DNA of 58,929 nucleotides from a bacterium (GCA_046759165.1 JBHIBS010000004.1:1-58929); one strand, 5' to 3'; shown: positions 45,104-54,953, counted from the stretch's first letter. The notes: generated from the sequence alone by a model not told the origin. Program-made: numbers and translations.

Positions 45104-46953
45104 TGAGTACTATCAAGAAACAAAGGAATTTTGCGTTTTTGATATTGGTGTTTGGTTTTTGGTTTCTTGTCTTTGGTCTTTTAATAAGGGCACCTGACTG
45201 TTTTGCTAAGGATATAAGTTTTGAAGTTACAGTTGATAGGAATAGAGTCTCTGTGGGTGAGAGTCTGCAACTTAATTTTACTTTTTACAACACCCAGAAG
45301 GTTCCTGCCCCAAAGCTTCCCGAGATAAATGGATTTCAATCCCGTTATCTCGGTCCCTCAACTAGGATGTCTATAGTAAACGGAAAAGTTTCCAGTTCAA
45401 TAACGCATATTTATACACTCATTCCTTTGAAAACAGGCACTTTTCAAATTGGACCAGTGTCATTTCAATATAAAGGAGATACTTATACATCAAGGCCAAT
45501 AACTGTTGAGGTTGTCCAGGGGACTGTTAGTGAGAAAAAGCCGACTGAGATAGCAGGGGGAGCTCAGGCTGAGCTCAAAGATAGGGTGTTCCTAAAAATG
45601 AGGGCGAAGAAAACTAAAGCGTTTTTAAACGAGACTATTCCAGTGACGATAAAATTGTATATTAACAGGTTAGCCATCAGGGACATTCAGTATCCACAAT
45701 TCTCTTACCAAGGATTTTCAGTGGGTAAATTTGGTCAGCCAGGTCGGTATAGAGAAGTTGTGGGTGGCGTGCCTTATGATGTGATAGAGTTTAAGACGGG
45801 GATTTTTGGGACAAGACCAGGTAAGTTTACCTTAGGACCTGCGCAACTTAAATGTAATTTAATTGTTAAAAAAACAAGAAGGAGGACATCTTCTCCTTTT
45901 GGCGATTTCTTTGATGAAGACATCTTTGAAAACTTTTTTGGAAGGTATGAGACCTATCCGCTAAGTTTAAAATCTCCAGCGATTCGTATGACGGTTTTGC
46001 CTCTTCCAGAAGAAGGGAAATCGAAAGATTTTAGCGGGGCTATCGGTAACTTCAGGTTCAGTCTGGAAGCGGAACCTAAAGAAGTAAAAGTGGGAGATCC
46101 AATTACAGTAAAGATGATTATAGAAGGAGAAGGTAATTTCGATACTGTCACCTGCCCGAAACTTAGCTCCCACAAAGGTTTCAAAGTTTATGAGCCACAG
46201 GTGAAACAACAAAAGAACAAAAAGGTATTTGAGCAAATCCTCATGCCTGAGATGGATACAATTAGTGAAATCCCCAAAGTTACCTTTAATTTCTTCGCTA
46301 CTCAAGAAAAGGCATATCGGACTATGACGGAAGGTCCCATTCCCATAAAAGTGACAAAAGCGAAGGAGGAGAAACTGAAAATAGTGGAAATTCCTCAGGC
46401 TGTGGTCACAAAACCGCTGAAGAAGGAGATATTGGGGAAGGACATTGTTTATATTAAGGAATCACCGGGCAGGTTGAAGAGAAGAAGTGCTTATCTCTAT
46501 AAGAATAAAGGATTCCTACTGCTTCAAATAGTGCCTATTCTCATACTGTTTTCAGTAGTAACTATTCATAACAGACGTGAGAAGATCAGGACCGATGTGA
46601 GCTATGCCCGCCGACTTTACGCCCCCAAAAAAGCAAGAAAAGGTATTCAACAGGCGCGCCAGCTTTTGAAGAAAGAGAAGACTGAGGAATTTTATGGATC
46701 AATATTCAGGACTGTACGAGAGTATCTGGGGGATAAATTTCATTTGCCTGTGGGAGGAATAACTATTGATATTGCCGATGAAGTTCTGGAGCCAAAAGGG
46801 ATAAATGAAGAGATACTGAGTAAATTGAAAGATATCTTTAGAGATTGCGATATGGCGAGATATGCACCGTCAGAATTTGGAAAAGGCGAGATGGAGAAGA
46901 CTTTTCAAAAGGTAAGAGAGGTCATTAATTATTTAGAGAAACAGAAAATATGA
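45097..46953 (+). CDS. batD: BatD family protein
   Basis: Signal peptide, repeated Ig-like domains, FSGAIGNF, VKVGDPIT, C-terminal TM and DMARYAP. Confidence 0.88.
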   Translation: MVMSTIKKQRNFAFLILVFGFWFLVFGLLIRAPDCFAKDISFEVTVDRNRVSVGESLQLNFTFYNTQKVPAPKLPEINGFQSRYLGPSTRMSIVNGKVSSSITHIYTLIPLKTGTFQIGPVSFQYKGDTYTSRPITVEVVQGTVSEKKPTEIAGGAQAELKDRVFLKMRAKKTKAFLNETIPVTIKLYINRLAIRDIQYPQFSYQGFSVGKFGQPGRYREVVGGVPYDVIEFKTGIFGTRPGKFTLGPAQLKCNLIVKKTRRRTSSPFGDFFDEDIFENFFGRYETYPLSLKSPAIRMTVLPLPEEGKSKDFSGAIGNFRFSLEAEPKEVKVGDPITVKMIIEGEGNFDTVTCPKLSSHKGFKVYEPQVKQQKNKKVFEQILMPEMDTISEIPKVTFNFFATQEKAYRTMTEGPIPIKVTKAKEEKLKIVEIPQAVVTKPLKKEILGKDIVYIKESPGRLKRRSAYLYKNKGFLLLQIVPILILFSVVTIHNRREKIRTDVSYARRLYAPKKARKGIQQARQLLKKEKTEEFYGSIFRTVREYLGDKFHLPVGGITIDIADEVLEPKGINEEILSKLKDIFRDCDMARYAPSEFGKGEMEKTFQKVREVINYLEKQKI

Positions 46954-47747
46954 GAGTTAAGAACATAGTAGTGAAAATCTGTCGTCCTTTTCTTTTTTAC
47001 ATTTTGTGTCTTGGATTTATTGCCATACTTAGCCGATTAAGTTTTGCAGAGCAAAAGGGAGCTGATCCGAGATATATTTTTTACAAAGGAAATAGCCTGT
47101 ACGAGGAGGCTAAGTATGATGAGGCTATTACTCAATACAGGCGATTGCTCGATGAGGGTTTTGAAAGTGGTAACCTTTACTATAATCTGGGGAATTGTTA
47201 CTTTAAAAAAGGTGGATTGGGGAAAGCAATCCTGAATTATGAAAGAGCAAGACGCTTCATTCCTAGAGATAAAGACCTGAAATCAAATTATGAGTACGTG
47301 AAGTCTTTAGTAAAGAATAATGTGCCAGAAGTCAAGAGAAAATTATTAATAAGATTAGTAGTGAATTTTTTTGACCGATTGACCATTGGCGAAATAGCGG
47401 CTCTGTTATCCATTATTTATGTATTAGTCATTCTAATTATAATCGCAACTATATATCTGAAAATTAGTAAGAGATACTCGGTTACGGCTGTATCTATTTT
47501 GATAATATCTTTTGTCTTGAGCTTTGCTTCGCTTAAAGGCAAAATAGCCCACTTGAATAAAGAGGCTATAATTATAAAAGAATCAGTGGATGCTAAATTT
47601 GAACCTCTTGAGAGTGGGACTGTCCATTATACTCTTTATGAAGGGATGAAAGTTTATCTCCTTTTGTCAGAAGACGGTTGGTATAAGGTAAGACGCTCTG
47701 ATGGAAAGATAGGGTGGATTGAGAAATCGGCTCTGGAGATAATGTAG
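46950..47747 (+). CDS. batE: BatE-like TPR/SH3 protein
   Basis: YYNLGNCYFK..LGKAILNYERA, two TMs, SH3-like LYEGMKV..WYKV..GKIGWI. Confidence 0.88.
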   Translation: MRVKNIVVKICRPFLFYILCLGFIAILSRLSFAEQKGADPRYIFYKGNSLYEEAKYDEAITQYRRLLDEGFESGNLYYNLGNCYFKKGGLGKAILNYERARRFIPRDKDLKSNYEYVKSLVKNNVPEVKRKLLIRLVVNFFDRLTIGEIAALLSIIYVLVILIIIATIYLKISKRYSVTAVSILIISFVLSFASLKGKIAHLNKEAIIIKESVDAKFEPLESGTVHYTLYEGMKVYLLLSEDGWYKVRRSDGKIGWIEKSALEIM

Positions 47748-47748
47748 A

Positions 47749-47897
47749 TGTAAAATTTAGTGGGGAATTGTCTGGAGTGTCAAATGAAAGTTTGACTCCT
47801 GACCCTTATCTTCTCCCCGAGCGGGAGAGGGAATTCCTGACTGGTAAAGCTTTCGCTTTACACTGGAAACCAAAAAAGTGCCCAAGGTTCTTGACAC
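47749..47897 (+). repeat. dispersed repeat B (copy 1), with nested hairpin insert
   Basis: TGTAAAATTTA..GGGGAATT..TGGAGTGTCAAA..CTTTCGCTTTACACT..GTTCTTGACAC shared with 56526-56643. Confidence 0.7.
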
Positions 47898-48020
47898 TAA
47901 TGATAATATAAAAAATGTAGAATTAATATTAAGAAAGTGATATAATAACTTTAAAAAAGCCGGGTCTGATTTCTATTTTAAAGTTGAGTCCTTGTTTAAA
48001 AGGAAGAAGGAGGCATTGGA

Positions 48021-48407
48021 ATGACTTACTACTTTAGCAAAACTTTGAATGTTGATTTTGGTGAAGCTATTGTCAGAGTGACTGAGGAACTGAAAAAAGA
48101 GGGTTTTGGCATCCTCACAGAAATCGATGTGAAAGAAACCTTGAAGAAAAAATTGAATGTGGATTTCAAGAAGTACAAAATCCTTGGCGCATGTAACCCA
48201 CCTCTTGCCTATAAGTCGTTGCAGGCGGAGGACAAGATTGGGTTAATGTTGCCCTGCAATGTGCTCGTTCAAGAGATTTCAGATGGGAAGACAGAGGTAG
48301 CTGCGATAGACCCTGTTGCATCTATGCAAGCCATAGAGAATCCCAAACTACGGGAAGTGGCTGAACAGGTGCGAGCTAAACTGAAGAAAGTGATTGATAG
48401 TCTATAA
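48021..48407 (+). CDS. DUF302 family protein
   Basis: EGFGILTEIDV, YKILGACNP, IGLMLPCNV. Confidence 0.92.
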   Translation: MTYYFSKTLNVDFGEAIVRVTEELKKEGFGILTEIDVKETLKKKLNVDFKKYKILGACNPPLAYKSLQAEDKIGLMLPCNVLVQEISDGKTEVAAIDPVASMQAIENPKLREVAEQVRAKLKKVIDSL

Positions 48408-48521
48408 ATGCCGACTATTCTGATTCGGGGTAAAACCGGGTATGCCTTTTGGGGAGTTGCCGGATGAGTGGGTATGTTCTGTATGCGGGGTTGGTAATCA
48501 TGCATTTGAAAAGGAGAGAAG

Positions 48522-49550
48522 ATGAAAAGTATAGTCCAAAATGAATATTTTCAGTTTTTGCTAATCATAGTTGGTTCGATTATCCTTGCAAAGATTTTCC
48601 ATTTCATAATGACAAAATATGTTAAAAAAATTGCTGAAAAAACAAGAACTGATATCGATGACATTTTATTGAGAATTATTAAGAAGCCATTATACATTTT
48701 CATTATTCTCGGTGGATTCTATTTTGGGTTAAAATCTTTATCTATTTTTGTACCTTATTCTTTGTCGATAGATAGGATATTTTTTATTATATCGGCATTA
48801 TTATTATCTTTGATCGCTACGAGAATTTTTTCTGTTTTAGTATCCCGTTGGTTAAAAGTCCAGAAAAAGTTTGAGAAGACACCAAGACTGATCGGCTCGG
48901 TAGTCACTACTATTATTTATTTGATTGCTTTTTTGATGATTTTGCGTTATCTTAATATTGAGATAACCCCTTTGGTTGCTACTCTTGGTTTAGGTGGTTT
49001 GGCTGTTGGTCTGGCACTTCAAAATACTCTGGCAAACTTTTTTGCAGGAGTGCACATTATTTCTGATAGACCAATAAATGTTGGTGATTACATCGAAATG
49101 GAGGGGAATATAGCAGGATATGTTGAGGATATTGGCTGGAGGTCAACTCGCATCAGAACCTTGCCAAACACTATTGTCGTCGTTCCTAATTCTAAAATCG
49201 CGGAGAGTGTTATCGTTAATGATTATCTCCCAGTGGAAGAAATGTCTGTTGTGCTACAGTGTGGTGTTGCTTATGGTTCTGACCTGGAAAAAGTGGAGAA
49301 AGTTACAATAGATGTGGCAAAAAGAATTCAACAAACAATTCCTGGTGCTGTAAAGACATTTGAACCGTTTATCAGATACCATACATTTGGCGATTCGAAC
49401 ATTAATTTCTCTATAATCTTAAGAGTGGAAAAGTTCGTCGATAGATATTTGGTTACTCATGAGTTCATGAAGGCGCTTAAGAAAAGATATGATAAGGAAA
49501 ATATAGAGATATCCTGGCCGGTAAGGAAAATCTATTCAACAAAGCAATAA
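48522..49550 (+). CDS. small-conductance mechanosensitive channel (MscS family)
   Basis: [44 protein letters not shown]. Confidence 0.93.
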   Translation: MKSIVQNEYFQFLLIIVGSIILAKIFHFIMTKYVKKIAEKTRTDIDDILLRIIKKPLYIFIILGGFYFGLKSLSIFVPYSLSIDRIFFIISALLLSLIATRIFSVLVSRWLKVQKKFEKTPRLIGSVVTTIIYLIAFLMILRYLNIEITPLVATLGLGGLAVGLALQNTLANFFAGVHIISDRPINVGDYIEMEGNIAGYVEDIGWRSTRIRTLPNTIVVVPNSKIAESVIVNDYLPVEEMSVVLQCGVAYGSDLEKVEKVTIDVAKRIQQTIPGAVKTFEPFIRYHTFGDSNINFSIILRVEKFVDRYLVTHEFMKALKKRYDKENIEISWPVRKIYSTKQ

Positions 49551-49551
49551 A

Positions 49552-49628
49552 GCCCTCGTAGCTCAATTGGATAGAGCAGCGGCCTTCTAAGCCGTCGGTT
49601 GTCCGTTCGAGTCGGACCGAGGGTGCCA
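49552..49628 (+). tRNA. tRNA-Arg (TCT)
   Basis: Acceptor GCCCTCG/CGAGGGT, anticodon loop CTTCTAA, T-arm GTCCG-TTCGAGT-CGGAC, CCA. Confidence 0.93.
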
Positions 49629-49632
49629 ATAT

Positions 49633-49708
49633 GGTGGGTGTAGCTCAATGGTAGAGCACATGGCTGTGGCCCATGTGGTTGCGGGTTCGAATCCCGTCAT
49701 CCACCCCA
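49633..49708 (+). tRNA. tRNA-His (GTG)
   Basis: G-1, acceptor GTGGGTG/CATCCAC, anticodon loop CTGTGGC, discriminator C, CCA. Confidence 0.95.
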
Positions 49709-49750
49709 AATTTTTTGCCGAAGAAAAAAAGGGGTCAGAGTCATTTTTTG

Positions 49751-49779
49751 TTGACAGACATGTTTAGTTTCTTTATAAT
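49751..49779 (+). promoter_or_regulatory. consensus sigma70 promoter of the RAYT gene (near-leaderless)
   Basis: TTGACA-17 nt-TATAAT; ATG only 9 nt after the -10; no SD. Confidence 0.75.
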
Positions 49780-49788
49780 TTATTTGTC

Positions 49789-50478
49789 ATGTCAAGGCAA
49801 CCAAGATTAGTCGTTGGGGGATATCCTCACCACATCGTCTTAAGGGGAAATAACCGAAACGCTATCTTCTACAGTGATGAAGACAGGCGGTTTTTTATTG
49901 ATTGTTTAAAAGATGCCAAAGAGAAAACAAAATCAAAGATATATGCTTACTGTTTAATGACAAATCATGTTCATCTGCTTATTGAGCCCTCGGCGGAAGA
50001 TGGCCTTGGAAATATGATGCAGTCATTGGGTAGGAAATATGTGCAGCACATAAACCATACTTACAAAAGAACGGGCACTCTCTGGGAAGGTAGATTTAGG
50101 AGCAGTTTGGTAAGTAAGGATGAATATCTTTTGGCTTGTTGTAGATACATCGAGTCAAATCCTGTGAGGGCGAAAATGGTAAAAGACCCCAGGGACTATC
50201 CTTGGTCAAGTTTTGGATTTAGGGCAGAAGGTAAACCGGATATTCTTCTTGATGAAGATCCTGTGTATCTAGGTTTAGGGAAAACGGAGGAACAAAGACA
50301 ATTGAATTACAAGAAGTGTTTCTTAAATGTTATTCCTGATAAGGAATTAGATCTAATGAGGACTACGACACAAAAGGGTGGCATTATAGGGGGCAAAGAA
50401 TTTATTGATAAAATTTCAAAATTATTGGGTAGGGACGTTGTTTTGAGACAGAGGGGAAGACCGAAAAAATCACTCTGA
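49789..50478 (+). CDS. REP-associated tyrosine transposase-like (Y1/HUH, IS200-like fold)
   Basis: HHIVLRGNNR, YCLMTNHVHLL (HUH), GTLWEGRF, RYIESNPVRA, DYPWSS. Confidence 0.92.
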   Translation: MSRQPRLVVGGYPHHIVLRGNNRNAIFYSDEDRRFFIDCLKDAKEKTKSKIYAYCLMTNHVHLLIEPSAEDGLGNMMQSLGRKYVQHINHTYKRTGTLWEGRFRSSLVSKDEYLLACCRYIESNPVRAKMVKDPRDYPWSSFGFRAEGKPDILLDEDPVYLGLGKTEEQRQLNYKKCFLNVIPDKELDLMRTTTQKGGIIGGKEFIDKISKLLGRDVVLRQRGRPKKSL

Positions 50479-50524
50479 CCCCTTTTCTACTTTTCTCTCT
50501 GACTGCATTTGAAGGAGAGCTGGC

Positions 50525-50983
50525 ATGAGAATTTCGGATTACTTAAGAGAGGATATGATTTGCCTCGACCTGAAAGCAACAGAAAAGGAAGAAGCAATCA
50601 AGGAATTGGGGGGTTTCATTCGTAAGGCTAAAGAGATAGGTAATTATGAGATGTTCCACAAGGATGTTCTGGAGCGAGAGAAACTCACCACAACTGGTAT
50701 AGGTGATGGAGTGGGTCTGCCTCATGCCAGAACTGATGCTGTTACCGGGTTTGTAATCGCCTTCGGCAAGTCTGAAAAGGGTGTTCAGTTTGATTCTGTA
50801 GATGGGAAGAAAGCAAGACTTCTGTTTTTGATGGGTACCCCGAAAACAGCTGGGCTTGATGAATATCTGGTGTTACTTGCCCATTTGACAAGATTATTGA
50901 AGGGAGAATCTTTCCGTGAATCGCTTCTTAAAGCCAAGAGCTCTGCTGAGATAATCGATATTTTCAGGAGCTTTGAGAAATAG
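50525..50983 (+). CDS. stand-alone PTS EIIA (Fru/Ntr type) domain protein
   Basis: REKLTTTGIGDGVGLPHAR (phospho-His), FDSVDG. Confidence 0.92.
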   Translation: MRISDYLREDMICLDLKATEKEEAIKELGGFIRKAKEIGNYEMFHKDVLEREKLTTTGIGDGVGLPHARTDAVTGFVIAFGKSEKGVQFDSVDGKKARLLFLMGTPKTAGLDEYLVLLAHLTRLLKGESFRESLLKAKSSAEIIDIFRSFEK

Positions 50984-50991
50984 CAAAAAGG

Positions 50992-52188
50992 ATGTTACCT
51001 TCAATGGACCTACTATTTTTGATTGGCATAGTTTTAGTTCTGGGACTTATTGGAGGTAACATTTTTCATAAGTTGAAATTCCCCGCGGTAGTGGGATATC
51101 TTATTATCGGTATCTTTCTGGGGCCTTCCGTCTTTGGCATCTTTAAGCTTGATTTATTGGATCGAATGGGTATAATTACCGATTTTGCCCTGGGAATAAT
51201 CGCTTTTATTATCGGTAGTGAATTGAGATGGACAGCGTTGAAGAAATTTGGCGGGAAAATTATCACTATCCTGTTTGTGGAAGCTATAGGTACTTTTATT
51301 TTAATAACTTTTGGAATCTACATTTTGACGCATAATTTTGCTCTCAGCATAATTCTTGGCTCTCTTGGCGTGGCTACTGCTCCTGCGGGGACGGTGGTGG
51401 TGCTTCAAGAATTTAAAGCAAAGGGACCTTTAACTACTTCGCTCTTAGCTATAGTCGGGCTTGATGACGGTTTAGCGATTATAATTTATGGTTTTGCCAG
51501 CGCTCTAACTATGTGCTCAATTGGTGGGAGTAAGGGAGTTAATCTTCAGAGTGTTTTAGGGTTGCCTTTAGTCCGAGTCGGAGGGGCTGTAGTTCTGGGA
51601 ATTTTATTGGGAGGGGCATTGTCCTATATTGTAAGAAGAAGATATGGTAGAAACGAGATCTTAACTTTTTCTCTGGGCACTATCTTTATCGGTGCCGGTT
51701 TGGCTAACGCCTTTCATTTTTCGCTAATTCTAGCTACTATGGTTTTGGGAGTGACTGTGGGGAATATGTTTTCAGCTTCTGGTAGGAGGACTTTTGAGGC
51801 TATCCAGTCGGTAACTTTTCCCATTTACATTGCTTTTTTTGTTTTGGCTGGCGCTCATCTCCAGGTGGGATTAGTTCCCAAGATGGGACTTTTGGGTCTG
51901 GTGTATATTTTAGCGAGGTCTTTTGCGAAAATTTGGGGAGTATCTTTGGGAGCCCGCATCTCAAAAGCCGAAGCAAATATACGGAAATATTTGGGCTTCG
52001 GTCTGTTTACACAAGCGGGGGTAGCTATCGGTCTGGTTATGGTTGTCCAGAGAGAGTTCGGGCTTTATGGAGAATTGGCAATTGTAACCATTACTATTAT
52101 TACAGCAACTACAGTTATTCTTGAAATTTTAGGGCCTTTGGGGGTGAAGTATGCGATTGGCAAGGCAGGAGAGATAGGGCAAGCCTAA
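50992..52188 (+). CDS. cation:proton antiporter (CPA family)
   Basis: PAVVGYL, ATAPAGT, IVGLDD, FFVLAGA, QAGVAIGL. Confidence 0.9.
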   Translation: MLPSMDLLFLIGIVLVLGLIGGNIFHKLKFPAVVGYLIIGIFLGPSVFGIFKLDLLDRMGIITDFALGIIAFIIGSELRWTALKKFGGKIITILFVEAIGTFILITFGIYILTHNFALSIILGSLGVATAPAGTVVVLQEFKAKGPLTTSLLAIVGLDDGLAIIIYGFASALTMCSIGGSKGVNLQSVLGLPLVRVGGAVVLGILLGGALSYIVRRRYGRNEILTFSLGTIFIGAGLANAFHFSLILATMVLGVTVGNMFSASGRRTFEAIQSVTFPIYIAFFVLAGAHLQVGLVPKMGLLGLVYILARSFAKIWGVSLGARISKAEANIRKYLGFGLFTQAGVAIGLVMVVQREFGLYGELAIVTITIITATTVILEILGPLGVKYAIGKAGEIGQA

Positions 52189-52205
52189 TAGAGGGAGAAA
52201 TTGTC

Positions 52206-52553
52206 ATGGAACTTTTGATAATTGTACTTAATAAAGTTGACCTTTTGAATGATCTTCTTTCTGTTCTCGTGGAAGCAGGAATAACCAGAGCTACCGTTCT
52301 TGATAGTGAAGGTATGGGACATCATCTTGCTTACGAAGTACCCATATTTGCTGGCTTGAGGAAAATGTTAGGAGAGACAGGAGCGCACAATAAGACTATC
52401 CTTGCTTTAATTGATGATAAGAAATCGGTTGCTGAACTCAAAAAGTTGCTTAAAGAAGTGAAAATCGATTTCAATCTGTCAGGAACTGGGATTATGTTTA
52501 CTGTGCCAGTGGAAAATGTGGTCAAACCTGAAAATGAGTCCTTGAAAAGATGA
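52206..52553 (+). CDS. PII-like small protein
   Basis: GITRATVLDSEGMG, PIFAGLR, GTGIMFTVPV. Confidence 0.78.
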   Translation: MELLIIVLNKVDLLNDLLSVLVEAGITRATVLDSEGMGHHLAYEVPIFAGLRKMLGETGAHNKTILALIDDKKSVAELKKLLKEVKIDFNLSGTGIMFTVPVENVVKPENESLKR

Positions 52554-52562
52554 TGTATGTAC

Positions 52563-52680
52563 TGTGATTGCGAGCGACTGGAAAGAGCGTGGCAATCGAC
52601 CCGAAGGGTTGTTATGAGGGCGAAGCCCGTGGCAACCTCGTTATGAACTACGGGATTGCTTCACCTCGTTCGCAATGACA
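52563..52680. repeat. RPE-like palindromic element (TGT[C/G]ATTGCGA...TCGCAATGACA)
   Basis: Terminal inverted repeat; internal GTGGCAATC/GATTGC pairing; partial copies at 28508 and about 23139. Confidence 0.7.
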
Positions 52681-52683
52681 TCT

Positions 52684-52706
52684 GTAGGCACGATTTCAAA
52701 TCGTGC
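52684..52706 (+). repeat. GTAG-family REP
   Basis: GTAG-GCACGATTTCAAATCGTGC, one mismatch to 17904-26. Confidence 0.78.
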
Positions 52707-52721
52707 AAGAGGTGTTTGTGA

Positions 52722-54953
52722 ATGGATGAAGAGAAGGAATCCAAAGCAGGACCTATAGTGGGAAAAAGTATTAAAGAGTTAAGTCTGGCTATCAAGACGA
52801 TGGGTATCTATCCTTCTAACCATCCTGCTATTAAGGCTTCTGTGGAGCGTCTGTTTACTACCATGGAAGGTCTTCTGGAAGCATCTCCTGAACTTAAGTT
52901 AGAGATAGCCCAAAAGAACCTTCTGGTAGGTGGTCAGATTCTGGACAGGAGTAATGAGATATTTAGCGATTTTGCCCTCCAATTTCATAAACGGGGAGTT
53001 GCCTTCGTTACCTTTAAGAAGGGTTTGAGTGTGGAGGAGCTCAGGAAGTTTTTGGAGGTTGCTTCGACAGAACCGAGGGTGCTGCAGAAAAGTGGAGGAT
53101 TTTTAAGGCTCTGTCAAGAAAAAAAAATTTCTCATATTGGTATTGTAGAAATTGACTATCAGAAGGTCTTGGGTGTTGGAGAGGAGATAGGTGAAGAGGC
53201 AGAGGAAGGGAAGGTTAGAAGTGATGAGGAGATATGGATTGACTTGATAAGGAGCCTCGACTTGTATAGTGGCTTGAAGTTGGGTGAAGTCGAGCATAAT
53301 TTTCTCTTGCACCTGGAAGAGGACCCGGGTAAGATGGCTGCTTACCTGGAGGGTGTGGCTTCGAGGAGCTCTCAGGGTGTGAGCGATTTGGGAGAAGTTG
53401 CTGTTAGAAGAGCTATTAATGATATAGGTAACTATATTTTTAGGAGCCTTCCTCAGGAAGAGGAGGTTCATAGAAGGAGATTGGCTGAGGTTGTATCCCG
53501 TCTCGATCCGAAATTGAGACTGCAGTTAATCGATGCAGAAGTTGATATTGAGCCAGGTCAAATAGATGTTGTAACAGAGATAATTCCTGATTTATCGAAT
53601 TCTGTGATAGTGGAGATGATGACCCTGGCTGTTAGTGGTGAAGGCAGGGTCACAGAGCGCTTAGTGAAGCTTTTCCACAAGTTTGTCCCTGAGGAGGAAA
53701 GGAAAAGAGAGGTAATTCCACTTTTTGCGGGGAGTTTGGCTGATATGTCTGGAAGGGAAGACTCCTTGTATATGCGCCGGCTGATTGAAAGTCTGTTTCT
53801 TTCCAAGCCTGCCGAGGATTTCATTTCGGATATGTACAGAAAGACGCTCAAAGAATTGAATGAACAGATTTCCTCTATTGAGGGGATGAAGGAGTATACG
53901 GATTCTCTTAGTGATAGAAAGATAGAGGAACAGGCATCCACTGTGCTTATGGACTTAATCGGGTTGGAGACTGAATCTAGTGACTATGTGGGAATTGCTA
54001 AAAATTTGGGTAAGGCGGCTATGGATTTCTTGCTTACCGGGAGATATGAGAAAGCAAAAGAAATTATTGAAGTTTTAATTGAGGAAGCGAGTCCGGAAAA
54101 GGGAAGAACCGACGAAGAACGTAACGCTTGTAAGGAAGCTATGGAGAAACTGAGAGATATTGGAATCGTGCACGACTTGGTTGCCGCGCTTCGCGATTGG
54201 GGGAGGGAGAAATACGAGACAATCCATTTCATTCTCCTTCAGATGGGTGAAATTGCAGTGGTGCCTCTACTGGCGGCGCTTGGTAGAGAAACCGATAGGT
54301 CACTTAGAAAGAAGATTATCTCTATTGTGGTTGGTTTAGGGGAAGAGGCAATTCCAGAAATTGTCAGGAGGTTTTCCGATAAGAACTGGTATGTGGTGAG
54401 AAATATGGTAAGGATACTCAGAGAGATAGGGACGGAGAAGGCGGTGCGTTATTTGAATATACCTGTTAAACATGAGGACCCCCGCGTTCGGAAAGAAGTT
54501 GTTCATGCACTGAGTACCATTGGAGGGCGGGAAGCATTCAGGTTAGTTTCTCGTATGGCTGATGACCCAGACAGAGAGGTCGGGCGAACTGCTGTTAAGT
54601 ATCTGGGCGCTGTGAGGGATAAAGGAGCTGTTCCTCGGCTACTGAAGTTGATTGATAAGAGAAATCCCTTTGGACGTAACAATTCCCTGATTATTTCTGG
54701 GATTGAGGCACTGGGAGAGATAGGTGCTAAGCAGGCGGTTCCCAGGTTGGTTCGACTGCTTCGAAAATCGACTATTTTTGCCAGAAGTAGAAACGATGAT
54801 GTGAGAATAGCAGCCGCCACTGCCTTGGAGAAGATAGGAAATGAAGAGGCTATGGAGGCTTTGGCACTGGGAACCAGATATAGGAGAAAGATTATCAGCC
54901 GAATGTGTGAGAGGTTGATTCGAAAACATATGGAAAGTAAGAAACAAGGCTAA
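52722..54953 (+). CDS. HEAT-repeat protein with N-terminal YPxxHP domain
   Basis: C-terminal repeats WYVVRNMVRILREIG, DPRVRKEVVHAL, VRIAAATALEKIG. Confidence 0.85.
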   Translation: MDEEKESKAGPIVGKSIKELSLAIKTMGIYPSNHPAIKASVERLFTTMEGLLEASPELKLEIAQKNLLVGGQILDRSNEIFSDFALQFHKRGVAFVTFKKGLSVEELRKFLEVASTEPRVLQKSGGFLRLCQEKKISHIGIVEIDYQKVLGVGEEIGEEAEEGKVRSDEEIWIDLIRSLDLYSGLKLGEVEHNFLLHLEEDPGKMAAYLEGVASRSSQGVSDLGEVAVRRAINDIGNYIFRSLPQEEEVHRRRLAEVVSRLDPKLRLQLIDAEVDIEPGQIDVVTEIIPDLSNSVIVEMMTLAVSGEGRVTERLVKLFHKFVPEEERKREVIPLFAGSLADMSGREDSLYMRRLIESLFLSKPAEDFISDMYRKTLKELNEQISSIEGMKEYTDSLSDRKIEEQASTVLMDLIGLETESSDYVGIAKNLGKAAMDFLLTGRYEKAKEIIEVLIEEASPEKGRTDEERNACKEAMEKLRDIGIVHDLVAALRDWGREKYETIHFILLQMGEIAVVPLLAALGRETDRSLRKKIISIVVGLGEEAIPEIVRRFSDKNWYVVRNMVRILREIGTEKAVRYLNIPVKHEDPRVRKEVVHALSTIGGREAFRLVSRMADDPDREVGRTAVKYLGAVRDKGAVPRLLKLIDKRNPFGRNNSLIISGIEALGEIGAKQAVPRLVRLLRKSTIFARSRNDDVRIAAATALEKIGNEEAMEALALGTRYRRKIISRMCERLIRKHMESKKQG

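Larger units (their letters stand above)
49727..50490 (+). mobile_element. RAYT-like HUH transposase unit bounded by inverted AAAAGGGGTCAGAGT(C/G)ATTTTTT ends
   Basis: Left end 49727-49749 and right end 50464-50486 are inverted with 22/23 identity. Confidence 0.75.
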
